From the human T2T-CHM13v2.0 reference genome, Homo sapiens, in the NCBI RefSeq assembly GCF_009914755.1, contig NC_060942.1: a DNA stretch of 64,000 bases; one strand, written 5' to 3'. Positions 28,655 through 42,188 of this stretch are shown here, piece by piece. The position numbers and the translations under genes were made by a program. Position 1 is the first letter of the stretch. Each line of letters opens with the position of its first letter. The notes under the pieces were generated by a model. That model did not search any database. It was given only the letters and a program-made list of their open reading frames with translations, and was not told the DNA's origin.

Positions 28655-29149
28655 ACTTCCAGTTTAAGCCTGATTTAATGACAAGCTGAGTGCAGACTCC
28701 TGAACCTCAGCACCTGCAAAAAACCAAAACCAACCAAACAAAAAACAACCAAGAAAAGAATTTCAAGGGGATTTCCTTAGTGGGAAATGAGGCACTGGGC
28801 AGGGCCCTGGGGACAGCAGCAAGTAAGGAGCCCTCAGATCTGTGGGGATTTGGGGTAAGGTGCTTCTCAAGCTGTTTCAGACCCAGGCCTCCTCCTGTTC
28901 GCACTGAGCCTAGTCTGCTGGCCCCAAGGTGACCAGGAGGTTCAGGGGCAAAGCTATGATTACTTAGAGCAGGACAGATGCTGGTTTAGGTCCCAGTTCT
29001 ACCTGGTTCTAGTTATGGGACCTTTAGCATTCATTACTTTTTACCCTTAATTTTCTCTTCTGTAAAGTGAAGAACGTATTTATCTCACACTACTTCTATG
29101 AAACAGCCAATCTACTGTGTTAAATAACATAAATCCCCGCCCTGCCTCT

Positions 29150-29340
29150 ATTCTCAGCCACAAGAACTGTTTGGCATTTGGGGTGGATCACTCTTTGCTG
29201 TGCATTTTGTGGGAGGCTTAGCTGCATCCCCAACCTCTACCCACTAGATGCCAGTAGCACCCCCAGTTGTAACAACCAAAAATGTTTCCAGACATTGCCA
29301 AGCGTCCCCTGGAGAAGTGCCCACATTGAGAACCCCTGAT
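29150..29340 (-). mobile_element. MER20-like DNA transposon
   Basis: ctctacccactagatgccagtagcacc...caaccaaaaatgtttccagacattgcca...ttgagaacccctg. Confidence 0.75.
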
Positions 29341-29814
29341 TTGTAGAGATGAGGCCCAGTAATTCTCTGTGGGTTGGCATGGGTTGGGGGTTGGGGGGTC
29401 GGGGGCAGAAGGCACTGCCTTCAAGGATTTGTCCTTCCCTTATAAGCTTCCAGACCATGGCCAAGCCCTTGGGCTTCTTGGGTCCTATTCCCTCATCTGT
29501 AAGTTGGTAGAACAATATACTCAACAACAGGCGATAGAATCATGGGTGATTGTGATGTGACAGTGCTATTTAATTGAAGGCACCGTCATCATCTGGAATG
29601 GTGGGTCCCTGAGAACAGGGATTCTGTCTCTCCGGTTCACTGCCAGTCCTGAGACACAACCAGGATGGATGGAGGGAAATGGACGCTGAAGGAGGAGGTG
29701 AATATTCAATGTGCTGCCTCTGTGCCTGGTGAGCTGGGCTGGGCCCCATGACTCCTTCAGCTTTAAAAGTCAATAAAATTGATTCATCCATCACCCTTTG
29801 ACCCCTGCAGCAGG

Positions 29815-29965
29815 GCTGTCACCCAGAGGATGGTCTCAAACTGGAGTGCGCCCAGATCCACTGGAGGTGTGTCAGAAACCCGGCTTCCTAGCCATGCACA
29901 CTCCAGCCATACTGCTCCAGGGTCCCATTCGGTGGGCCTGGGAGGCCCAGGATTCTGCATTTGAA
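29815..29965 (+). mobile_element. MER5A-like DNA transposon fragment
   Basis: ggtctcaaactggagtgcg...gtgggcctgggaggcccaggattctgcattt pattern. Confidence 0.5.
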
Positions 29966-31029
29966 CCCCTTGCAATCTGACTCAGCTGCTCTGTCACCCT
30001 CCATGTCCTGGCAGCATCTGAAAGGGTCTGGGACAGGACACCCAGCAGGATGGGCAGCCCTCCCCAGCTGGTTCAGGCCCAGCCATCCCCACTTCTCTCA
30101 GTGTGGAAACTGCTCGAATCCCCCAACTCCACCTGGTAGGCACTCTGATGTCCCACACCCACAGATTGGTGCCAGGGCCAACCCTATTTGCTATGGGGCT
30201 TTCCTGGTGCCCAGAATTTGCTTTCTGGATTGTTTTAATTGTTGCCTTGGTTTTGACAAACAGCTGACGGGCAGAGTTGTTCAGGAGTAAGTGCTCTGCT
30301 TTGGAGACAGCAAGGAGAGGACGCTGAGTCCGAGCCTGTTGGGTCTTGGTGGCCCCGCAGACTCTGCCGTGACTGCCCTGACCATCTTTGCAAATCAGGC
30401 TTTATTAGCACAGAAACTTGGACTAGTGGGTCCTCTGCAAATTCTGGTTTTAAATAAACCACATTCTGGAAACTTGTAAGCAATATCTAAACTTCCCACA
30501 AAGCCCCGATTGTAAGTAAAATCATCACTCTTTAAACCTGCTGAGAAGCAACCTCTGCCACATTCTGAAGCACCCCAGAAAGGCCCTGGAGCCTCTCCCA
30601 AGCCTCCTTAGTTCGGCTTCTTTGGCAGGAACCCCTCAAGCTCCAGGAATACACAGAGCTGATGATGCTGATTTAAGAATCCTACTTTTTTTTGTTTTGT
30701 TATTCAAAAGCCCTTATTGAACTAACCAGGGTTCTTAATAGCTTCATTTGCAACAGTTTTATCCCAAGACTTACTTAGGGTTCAAGAACAACCAGCTGTG
30801 GCCCCACCCCAAAAGGCAGCTGCAAAGAACCCCCTCTGCACCCTGTCACAGTAAATCCAGGCTGCTCTCTGTCTGTGCAGGAGATGAGGGGGTGGGTGGG
30901 AACTTCATGAAGAATCAGATGGGGAAAACCTGGCTCCATGCAGAAAGATTTGAGCCCACTGAGGGTTGGAATACAGGTTTTATAACCTCTATTTTCCAGG
31001 CACCATCTTGTTCCCCCAAAGGGGCTTTC

Positions 31030-31750
31030 TCCTTAAACTTTTTCCCCTGACCCCTGGCAACTGCCATTCTACTTTCTATTTCTATGAATGTGACTACTCT
31101 ATGTACCTCACATAAGTGGAATCCTATGGTATTTGCTCTTTAGTGAGACTGGTTTATTCCACTTAGCATAAAGTCCTCAGGGTTCATCCATGTTGTACCA
31201 TGTGTCAGGATTTCCTTCCTTTAAAAGGCTGAATAATATTTAATTCTGTGTATGTGCCACATTTTGTTTATCTACTCATTCACAATGGACACTGGGGCTA
31301 CTTTCTCCTTTTGCCAGGGTGAATCATGCTGCTATGAACATGGGTGTACGGATCTCTCTTTGAGACCCTGTTTTTAATTCGTTTGGGTATGTTATCCAGA
31401 AATAGAATTGCTAGAACATATGCTGTTTCTACATTTTATTTTTTGAGGAACTGTCATACCGTTTCCCGTAACAGCTGCACCATTTTACATTCCCACTAAC
31501 AGTGCACAAAAATTTTAATTTCTCTGCATCCTCCCCAAGACTTACTTTGTTTGTTTGTTTGTTTACTATTTTTATAGCAGTCTTCCTAATCAATATAAGG
31601 TGGTATCTCATTATAGTTTTGATTTGCATTTCTCTTACAATTAGCGATGTTGAGCATTTTTTCATATGCTTTTTGATCATTTGTATATCTTCTTTTGAGA
31701 AATGTTTATTCAAGTTTTTTGTCCATTTTTTAATTGGATTGTTACCTTTT
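31030..31750 (-). mobile_element. L1M 3' fragment; supplies the LINC-ROR 3' end and poly(A) signal
   Basis: Minus ORF 31429-31764 [22 protein letters not shown]...MRYHL is L1 ORF2-like; AATAAA on the minus strand at 31435-31440. Confidence 0.88.
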
Positions 31751-33277
31751 GGTTGTATCCACATTTTCTGTGTTCACGCAAGTCATTGATAAAATGTAGG
31801 ACTGGCCCTACATTTTATGGTGGGGCCTGAGGGTAGGCTCCTGTGGCACACTGCTCAAAACCTCACTCCCATGTGCATGGTGTTCACATGAATCATTCAG
31901 CAGCTCATGCCCTAACGGGGCTCAGGCCCCACTCTACTGTTCCATCATCAACTCAGTGGGGAAGACTCCAGACTGCCCAGCACTCTGATTCATGCCAACT
32001 CTCAGGCTTCCTCTCCTCTTGACAATGTTTGGTTTTCCCTATTCAGGATATAGGAGATAAGGAGTTCGACTTCCCCTGTGTCTTTAACCTCAAAGCAAGA
32101 GCATGATTCAAATCTAGGGACTTCTGCAAAATGATCTGGGTAACCTTGAGAAAAAGAGTTCGTCCTTCTAAGCCTCTGTTGCTTTATTTATAAGATGGGG
32201 ATAACCATCATGGTTCCCCCTCCATAGGATGATTGGGAGAATAGGGTGACTTTAGGGAACTGAACAATGGGTTTCTCACCTGCTACACAGTAAGGCCATC
32301 AATCAACAGTAACTCCTGACATTAAGTGTTCTTTCTCCAACATTTCTAAAAGAGACTTTTGCTGTCTTGAGTATTTTCTCATTTATCCTGAAGTCTCTTC
32401 TTTGGGGCTTTTTCTTTTCCACCATGAATGTTCCAAGTCTGTGACGCCTGACCTGTTGACCCACCTTTCCACACACCTGTCCAGATCTGAGCCCATTACA
32501 GAGTGGTCTGCATAGCTGGAGTGTTGCAGGTGCTTTCTTTTACTTCCTCATGGAGAGTTTCTGTGATTGTAGTCATAGTGCCATCTTTAAAAAGCTTCCC
32601 AACTCTCCTGTCTGTATCTCATGTCATGGCAGGAAGCCAGTGTTTTCTCTGACTCTTTTAAAAGGATTCTGTCTTCTGGAAGCTAAGTGCACATGTCCAA
32701 CTCTGCCCAAAACTTTCCAGTCATAGAATTTAAAGTGAAAAGAGTCACATTCCCACATGCCCTGGGACTTTCACTCTGTCAGCCCTTTCCTCCTTGTTGG
32801 GCAGAACTGGTTCAAGAAAAGACAGGAGTCAGGAGAAGGTGCTGGGAACGTCAGCTGGATCCAGATGGGAGAGAAACCTCCTAGGCCATGAGGAGTCATT
32901 GAAGGTTCTAAGCAGAGTGGCGATGTGTTTAGAACAGAGCCTTGGGAAGAGTTCTCTTTCGAGGTTATCAGGGTGTGCAAGGGAGGTGATGAAGGAAGAG
33001 AAGATTGGAGTGGAAGTGGACAGGCTATGGCAGCTGGTTTGAGGTGGCTGGTGAGAGATCCAGGAGAGTACAACCCTGAGACCTGCTGATCCCATTCCTG
33101 AGACCTGGAAGAACTGAAATGCCATCAATAGAGATGTTTGCTGGGGTATCAAGCTAGATGTGGTAATGCTGTGTGCAGAAGGAGAGGGCGATGGGGAACA
33201 TGGTGCTTTTCCTTTGTGTGACAATTTTGCTATGAGACAAATTTCACATAACACATAACCTACCATTTTGGGCTTTT

Positions 33278-34330
<1,053 letters not shown>

Positions 34331-37153
34331 TGCAGCTGAAGTTTAGTGAGCACACTACTCACCTATAACTCATAAGTGGAGCAGGTATGAGATTGAGTCC
34401 ACAACTTCAGATATTCAAGCAATGAACTTTATGTTTCTTCAACATTGCCAGTTTCCATGTTGAACCTTCATTCTGCCACAGTTATGTAACAGGAGCCCAA
34501 AGTAACAGTGCCTTAAACTGGGAAAGTTAGATTTCCTCCTTCCATAAGAGTGCAGAGGCAGGTGGTCCCTGTGTCCAGTGGCTGTGCTAGATGGGCCAGC
34601 GCAGGCTCTTTCTCTCCTGTGGTTTCATTGTCCTGGGGTGTTCACCTCCTCTGCATCATCCAAGATGTCTCTCATCACATCCATACTCTGAACAGCAGGA
34701 TGGAAAATGTCCCCTCCCTTTAAGGGGGCAACCCTGAAGTCACACACATTATTTCTTACTTAGCGACAATGCCATCAAGTCCTCTTTTTCTGCAAAGGAA
34801 GCTGGAAGTTGTAGTCTTCATGAGCGATGGCCATGCACCAGGTAGAAATCTGTAGTTGTGTTTCTGATAAGAAGAGAACAGATACTGAGGGACAGATCGC
34901 AGTCTTGGTCACACTAGGTCTGTTAAATGACATCATTCCCATCATTTGAGTTGGCACAAGGTGGTGGAAACCACAGGGGGAAGACCCACCCTGACACTCT
35001 GACGATATTTTTGGGCTGGAAGAGGAAGAAGAATCAGAAATGCCCCAGGCGTGCCCCAAGCACACACTCCATTGAAGGCTGCCCACAAATCTCCATGGCC
35101 CTGCACCACCGTCTGCCACCCCATTTTCCCAGTCTGTTCTGTGTGTGGTCTCCTGCCACCCCGTCTCCTTTACCGCCCATCCAGGTCCCAGTCACCGTGT
35201 CCTCTGAAGTCCTGGCGACCACTCCCTTGCCTTCCTGTGCACATCTTTTTGGAGCCTTCTGAGGGTGAGGAGGGATGTAGCATCCTTCCACAAGTGAAGC
35301 CCTTGACACCCATGGTCTCACTGAATTCTCTAGCATCCCCTGAGGCGGGGCCAGCTGTCCTCATTTTATATGAGAGGACTTGAAAGCTCAGAGCTGCTAA
35401 GTACCCAGGACCCCCCTCCACCCTGCCAGAGACGAAGGTGCCAGAATCATGCCCCGGGGGAGCTGGTCCACTCCACTTTAACCCACAGCTGACTCTTTTC
35501 TGCCCCAAACCCCAAATCTGTACTTCCAACCCCCACTAACCTGGCACCTAGCATAGCACTCTTCTGTCCAAGGGATTGAAGTTGAGTCTCAGGTAGACCG
35601 AATCTGTTTTCTTCTACTCCCAAGATGGAAGAGGAAAAGGGAAAAAAAAGTGGAGAACATGCTTATGAAATCCTCAACTCCCCTCGTTTACTCTGTAAAT
35701 AGCACAATATGTTTAGATTTTTCCACATCTAGAGGATTTCAAAATCTACCTGGGAGGGAGGGCTGGGGCATCAACTGGTATGCACTGTGCTTTTTAAATT
35801 TAAAAAATGCTATGCAAAGAAAAGCACTGCCTTTGGGCCAGGTCACAGCTGCTTCCTTGTCCCAGCGCCTGCTCTCCTGGGTCATCTGGTGGAACTGTCT
35901 TTAGTTAGCAGGGTGAGAGGCACCAGAGTGGGAGCAAAAGGTGAGGATTTGGAGCCACAGCAGCCGGGTTTAAGCCCTGCCTCCGCTCCTTGTTTACCAG
36001 GACTTGAGGAAGGTTCATCTGAGCCTTGATTTTCCCACTATGAAATCGAGCTAATAATTATCCACCTTGCAGAGATGTTGTGAAGATTCCGTTGTGAAGA
36101 TTCACACTGGAAGAGTTCAGAAGCTTAGTAAATGCTAATGTTCATGTCATTAGAACTGGGACATTACATGTCCAACTACTACGCAACTGTCTCACAAGCT
36201 GTAATTTACTGACCCAGACTTAGAGTTTCTCAGGAAGGAAAAAGAACCTCCCCTCCAGCACCCTAGGAAAGCTCAAGGGCAGTGGCCTGGCTCTCAAAGC
36301 ATCTGCCTTCCAGGTAACGACTTCCAGTTCCTGCCATGGGACTTGGGCTTCGGCCCTTGCCTTCCCTGACAGTTGGGCCTGGGAGAGGATCAGGAGGTAT
36401 TGCCTGGAGGGACAGAGACAGAGCTGGGGCAAAGTTCCCAGGCAGCTGCCAGCCCTGGAAGCAGGACACAGTGAGTGTGGCAAGGTCAGGAAGCACGCGG
36501 AGACCCAGGAGGGGCCCGACACTGTGATGTGACAGGTGGGCTGACTTACACAGTGCAGGCAGACATCTACACTCAGGGCAGGTGACCCAGGTGGCCCAGG
36601 ATGGCAGCCAGCAGGGCCCTATGGTGTACCTATAATTTTGGAGTGAAATCTAACTTAGGTGGGTGTCCACTCACTGCCTGCCAGTCTCGGATGGGTTCTG
36701 ACAACAGAGGAAACAGCTTAGTGGAAGCATAGAAAAATAGCAGCAGATAACAGCTCTGGAAACTAAACCTCTGGGTGGTAGAACTGCAGGGGACTCAAGG
36801 GAGCATGTCATTCCACCTCTTCATTTTGTGGAGGAGAAACCAATGCCCATGGAGACCAATGTCTTATCCACTACGACACAGCAGGCCAATGGCCTAGGGC
36901 CAGTCTGGGGCTCTTTCTCCTCCACCATGGCTTCTCAGCATTGTCAACTCAGTCTCCTCTTTACATGACAAATATTTTGTAATGACCTCTTTACTATCCT
37001 GATATAGCATTTATAGATAATATAACCTGCCTTTATCCATAATAAAAAATCGATGTAATGCCCTACCTGTAATATAGGGAGAAATAAAACAAAAGTCATT
37101 TATAATAAAGTAGTTCAATAAGTAAATACACAGGCACAACTGTACTCAAATGA

Positions 37154-37545
<392 letters not shown>

Positions 37546-40500
37546 ACTGATTTTGTGATTTTTCTGAAATGGCAAACAACTCTCGGTAAAGACACAGTGC
37601 AAGCTCCCCTCTGTAGAGAAATGTGAGCCCGTTTCCTGGAATGCAGCATGAGGCTGGGGTAAAGTGGTGATGCTTTCTCTAGGAGGTACAATCCCAGGGC
37701 AGCAAGCATGAAAGACAAGGAAGCGTGGCAGTGAAGGTGGAAAGCCACACAAACTTATGCGCTGCTGGACAGCCGCTGCTTCAAGACATGCTGTGAGGAG
37801 GGTGTGTACGCTCGGCCACACGGGAAGTCCCCAGCCAGCTTGTACAGAGAAATCAAACTTTAGAACAGTCCCCAGGGAGAAGGAAGAAAGTGGGAATCCT
37901 GATACCCAATGGCCAAAGTTCATTCCATGGGGAATTGACTCTCCTGTACTTCTGGGTTATGTTATCTGGTCCCTTGGCAACTGAGCAGGAAGCCAGATCA
38001 CACCTCCTTGAGCGTGGCCTGTTATGTGATGCTAGAAGCAACAGAAGCATTCTGAGATTCACGGCACAAGGGCACATGGCTGGTGGGGCTTAGGTGGTGG
38101 AATGAGGATGCCTTGTTGAGACTCAGGTGGAGCAGAAAGCTGAAAGCCCAGGTGGCAAGGTGCAGCGAAGAGAATCTGAGGAGATGAATATGCTGTGTCC
38201 GATCCAATATAGTGATTGCAATCCTGGAAGACCCGTTGTATGTTAAAACCTTTTAAATTTTTTATGTTTATATATGAAAAAGAGTTACATTTCAAGCTCA
38301 GATCACTATAAAGACGTTTTTCAATCTATTCCAATGTTTAGTGGAACATCTGAAAGTCACATAGAGCACGGGACGATTATTTATTCTGTCCCTTAGATTT
38401 CAGGAAAATGATCACTGATATTTGTAAGTTTTAGGCCTTGTTCTAGGGGCTTTGTAAAGGTTGATTCACAGCATGTGCACAACAATCTTGGGAGGTAGGC
38501 ATGGTTATTATTGCCATTTTACAGATGAGGAAACTGAGGCCAGAGAAGTTTACACAGCCAATCAGTGCTAGAACTGTGATTGGAACTCAGGGGTCTGGAT
38601 CTTCAGCGGTTCCAGTCTTCATCCTCTAAATGCCACTGGTATCTCCTCTACCAATTGTTGGGACAAGAAACACACTCCCAGAAATTTCTCCCCAGCCCAT
38701 GGGAGCAGTATGTTCCCCACAGGCCCTTTGCACAGTTCACAGATGGACACATGGCCCCCAGGGAGCTGGGCCTGCTGGGGCCACCACCTAGAGCCCCAGG
38801 TTTACTAACCCTGAGCAGGGTCAGGGATGGAGTGGGTGCAAGGGGGCCTGCAGGAAAGGGAAAGGTGAAGGGAGGAAGAATTTGGAGCCTCCTTGTGCGC
38901 CATTTCGCTGTGCTTCTAGATGCTTTCATGGCGGGCTGGGCGTTTGGCTGAAGTGGTGGCTACAGATTTCAAGGTGTTTTAAAGGCTATCACCCAGACTC
39001 CGGTCAGGCACCAGAGAAAATAAAAACGAAACCCCAACCCCAAACCAAGCCAATCTCCTGTTTCTGGGTCTGAGGGCTCCAGGGGATTTCAGAGGATGAG
39101 GGCACATCTGAGGTCCTCGTGGTCATCTTGTTTCCTGGCTAACTTCGCCTCCTTCCACTCCACTCTGATCCTTTGGGCCTCCCCGATCTCCCTTAACCCT
39201 GAGTTCACCCCTGAGCCCCTTCACCCTCCACTGAGAGGGGCCCTGGCCCCTGCATCTCTTCCTTCTCTGGCTCTGAGTCTCTGTGATGTGCCAGTGCTGT
39301 GCTCCTGGCCGCAGTGTAACAGACCTTCTGGCCTGTCTTGAATTTCCTGCACTCAGGATATACAAAGTTGGAGTTGAGATGGTGGATGAGGCATAGCTCA
39401 CAAAGAGTATTAGTTCTCCCATTAAAATGGGCAGCTGTTTAATTTCATGCCAACTCATGATGGCATTTTCCAGAACAGAAAAAAATAAACAGAAAAAAAA
39501 AGAGAGAAACAAAAACCAATGCAAGATGAGTTTCCATTTGGAAATCAAATATGTGTCCATTTATTTGCACCTGAGATTCTAGAGGCAAAGGAATTCCAAG
39601 CTTCGCTAGTGGACCTTGAGTTTTCCCTCCCTACTCACAATGACTACAGGGGCTCTGGGTGTCACTTTGAGACCTGGCTTCAGCCCAGGTGTGCTATGTC
39701 TGCACAGATGTGCTGTCTCCTCAACTGCTTCCACACCCTGCTGCACCCCATGTGCCGCTGCCCAGGAGCCGGCAGAGCCCCAGCGGGCCCTTTGTCACTC
39801 GCTACCCAATGTGCATTCTCCAGTGGGCACAGCAGGCAACCCTGCTCCGCGGGCCTCTGCCCGAGCCAGGGATTACGGGATGGGCTTGCCTGCAGTGGCA
39901 GATGGTAGTGCTTAGAGCTAAACTGCATTTGGCGCTTTGAACATCTTGAAAAGATTTCTTTAGAAGTTAAACTTGGCTTAGGAGTGACAATATGTTTCAG
40001 TCTGTGTCTTTGAAAAGGCCTCAGGGTGGTGCGAGGGGGGTTGGCTGTTTCATGGTTCCCTGCCTTGTCTTGGCTGTTTTCCACGGAGTCCTGTTTCTCA
40101 TGGGTCCTGCAGTCACAGTGGCTTCTAAATTTTGGCTCCATTGTTTGGAAGTCACATTTGTTTCTGTACATGTGCTGTGGGAAAGGCCACACTGGCTGTC
40201 CTGCAAGGACACATTTAGATGCCTCTGGGCAGTGGGAGAAGCGCATGCCTTGGGGCACACATGGAGGCAGAGGGCGTTGTGTCCTGCACCAGGGCTGAGT
40301 TTTGCTGTTGCCCCTGCTTCAGCCTATCAAGGGGTTGACAAGCATCCGGGCAGGGTTTGGGGTCCCAAACCTTTTGGCATCAGTGAGGACCAATTGACAG
40401 CTTCTTGCCTCCTGGAGCTCATGGCTAATTGCACTGGAATAATACCCTCCAAATCCCCATCCTAGGCTTGTCCTATTTAACGAATCCTTTGGGGGACAAA

Positions 40501-41509
40501 GGGTTTGATCATCTCTGAGCTCAGATAACATCTCTCTTCCCCATCCCACAATTTTCCCATCCTCAATTTGGCCACTGTAAACTCTGTCAGGAAAAACCCA
40601 GCCTTCCTCCCAAGGAAGGCACCCAGGAGCACCTTCTGGGGTGAGTGAAGCCCTGAAATTGGCAGAAAGGCAAGGCGAGTGTCCAGCTTGCATGCCAGGC
40701 TGGCCAGTGCATCTCTCAGTGGCTTCTGCAGTCAGAGCAGGCTCCATTGACCATTCATGAGATGTCAGGTGGTCTACAGATGGGAACACAGCATTATTGA
40801 TTTTTACTAGCCTGCTAAAATGGAAGGGAAAATACCCTTCTTAAAAGCTCCCGGTTAAGCTTTGTTTCCTAAATGGTGATTCCAGGGCTCTGAGTTTGTC
40901 AAAGGCAAATTTAAAATAACAGGACTGTTGAAGATATAATAAAATGAAATCTTCTTACAGCCATTAACTTCAGAGAGGAGATCTCTGACTCAGGCTTGGA
41001 GGCTAAGGGGGAGAGGGAGAGAGACCCACAGAGTGGGGGAAGGGGGAGAGAGGAAGCTGAAAGAACAAAACCAGCAGCTCTGCCCCTCATGGCAGCCCCT
41101 TTGATAAGATCGGATGTGAATGTAAAGAAATGAATTCCACCTTCTCTAAATTGACAACAGTTCCCTGGCCAAGCAACGACGGGATGTGATCAGGGAGCAC
41201 TGGCCTGATGGGCCCCCACCAAGTGCACTGACTTGGAAAATGGGGAAAGTTGGGGGTCAGGCGATGAGCTCTGGGGGAGGAAGCTGGAGAATGAGGAGGC
41301 TCCAATTGCCCTACCACTATTACTTATTTAGATGTTGTTTCTTGTTCATCTTCCTGAGAGCTCTCGTAGTCCCAATGACTGGAACACAGATGAGGACACG
41401 GTCGTGTCTGCAGGGGTGTCTGCACTTCCAGTTGGCTTGCTTGGATGTGTGTGGTTCTTGGAGCCATCTTGGGTGATTTTCCTCCAAATCTTTGACATTA
41501 GGGAAAGCC

Positions 41510-41962
41510 TTTCATGCGCGTCCGTGTGAAGAGACCACCAAACAGGCTTTGTGTGAGCAACATGGCTGTTTATTTCACCTGGGTGCAGGCGGGCTGAGTC
41601 CAAAAAGACAGTCAGCGAAGGGAGATAGGGGTGGGGCTGTTTTATAAGATTTGGGCAGGTAAAGGAAAATTACAGTCAAAGGGGGTTTGTTCTCTGGTGG
41701 GCAGGAGTGGGGGGTCGCAAGGGCTCAGTGGGGGTGCTTTTTGAGCCAGGATGAGCCAGGAAAAGGACTTTCACAAGGTAATGTCATCACTTAAGGGAAG
41801 GACCGGCCATTTACACTTCTTTTGTGGTGGAATGTCATCAGTTAAGGCGGGGCAGGGCATTTTCACTTCTTTTGTGATTCTTCAGTTACTTCAGGCCATC
41901 TGGGCATATGCGTGCAAGTCACAGGGGATGCGATGGCTTGGCTTGGGCTCAGAGGCCTGACA
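41510..41962 (-). mobile_element. 3' LTR7 (poly(A) signal AATAAA at 41574-41569)
   Basis: Nearly identical to the 5' LTR; preceded on the minus strand by PPT AAGAAGGCAGGAA (41975-41963). Confidence 0.97.
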
Positions 41963-42188
41963 TTCCTGCCTTCTTATATTAATAAGAAAAATAAAACAAA
42001 ATAGTGTTGAAGTGTTGTGGCAGCGAAAATTTTTGGGGGGTGGTGTGGAGAGAGAGAATGGGCGATGTTTCTCAGGGCTGCTTCGAGCGGGATTGGGGCG
42101 GCATGGGAACCTAGAGTGGGAGAGATTAAGCTGAAGGGAGATCTTGTGGTAAGGGGTGATATTGTGGGGTTGTTAGAAGAAACATTTG

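Noticed and set aside
39680-40789. Several 130-190-aa ORFs next to the 3' LTR
   Set aside because: No recognisable family; consistent with chance ORFs in LINC-ROR intron 2.
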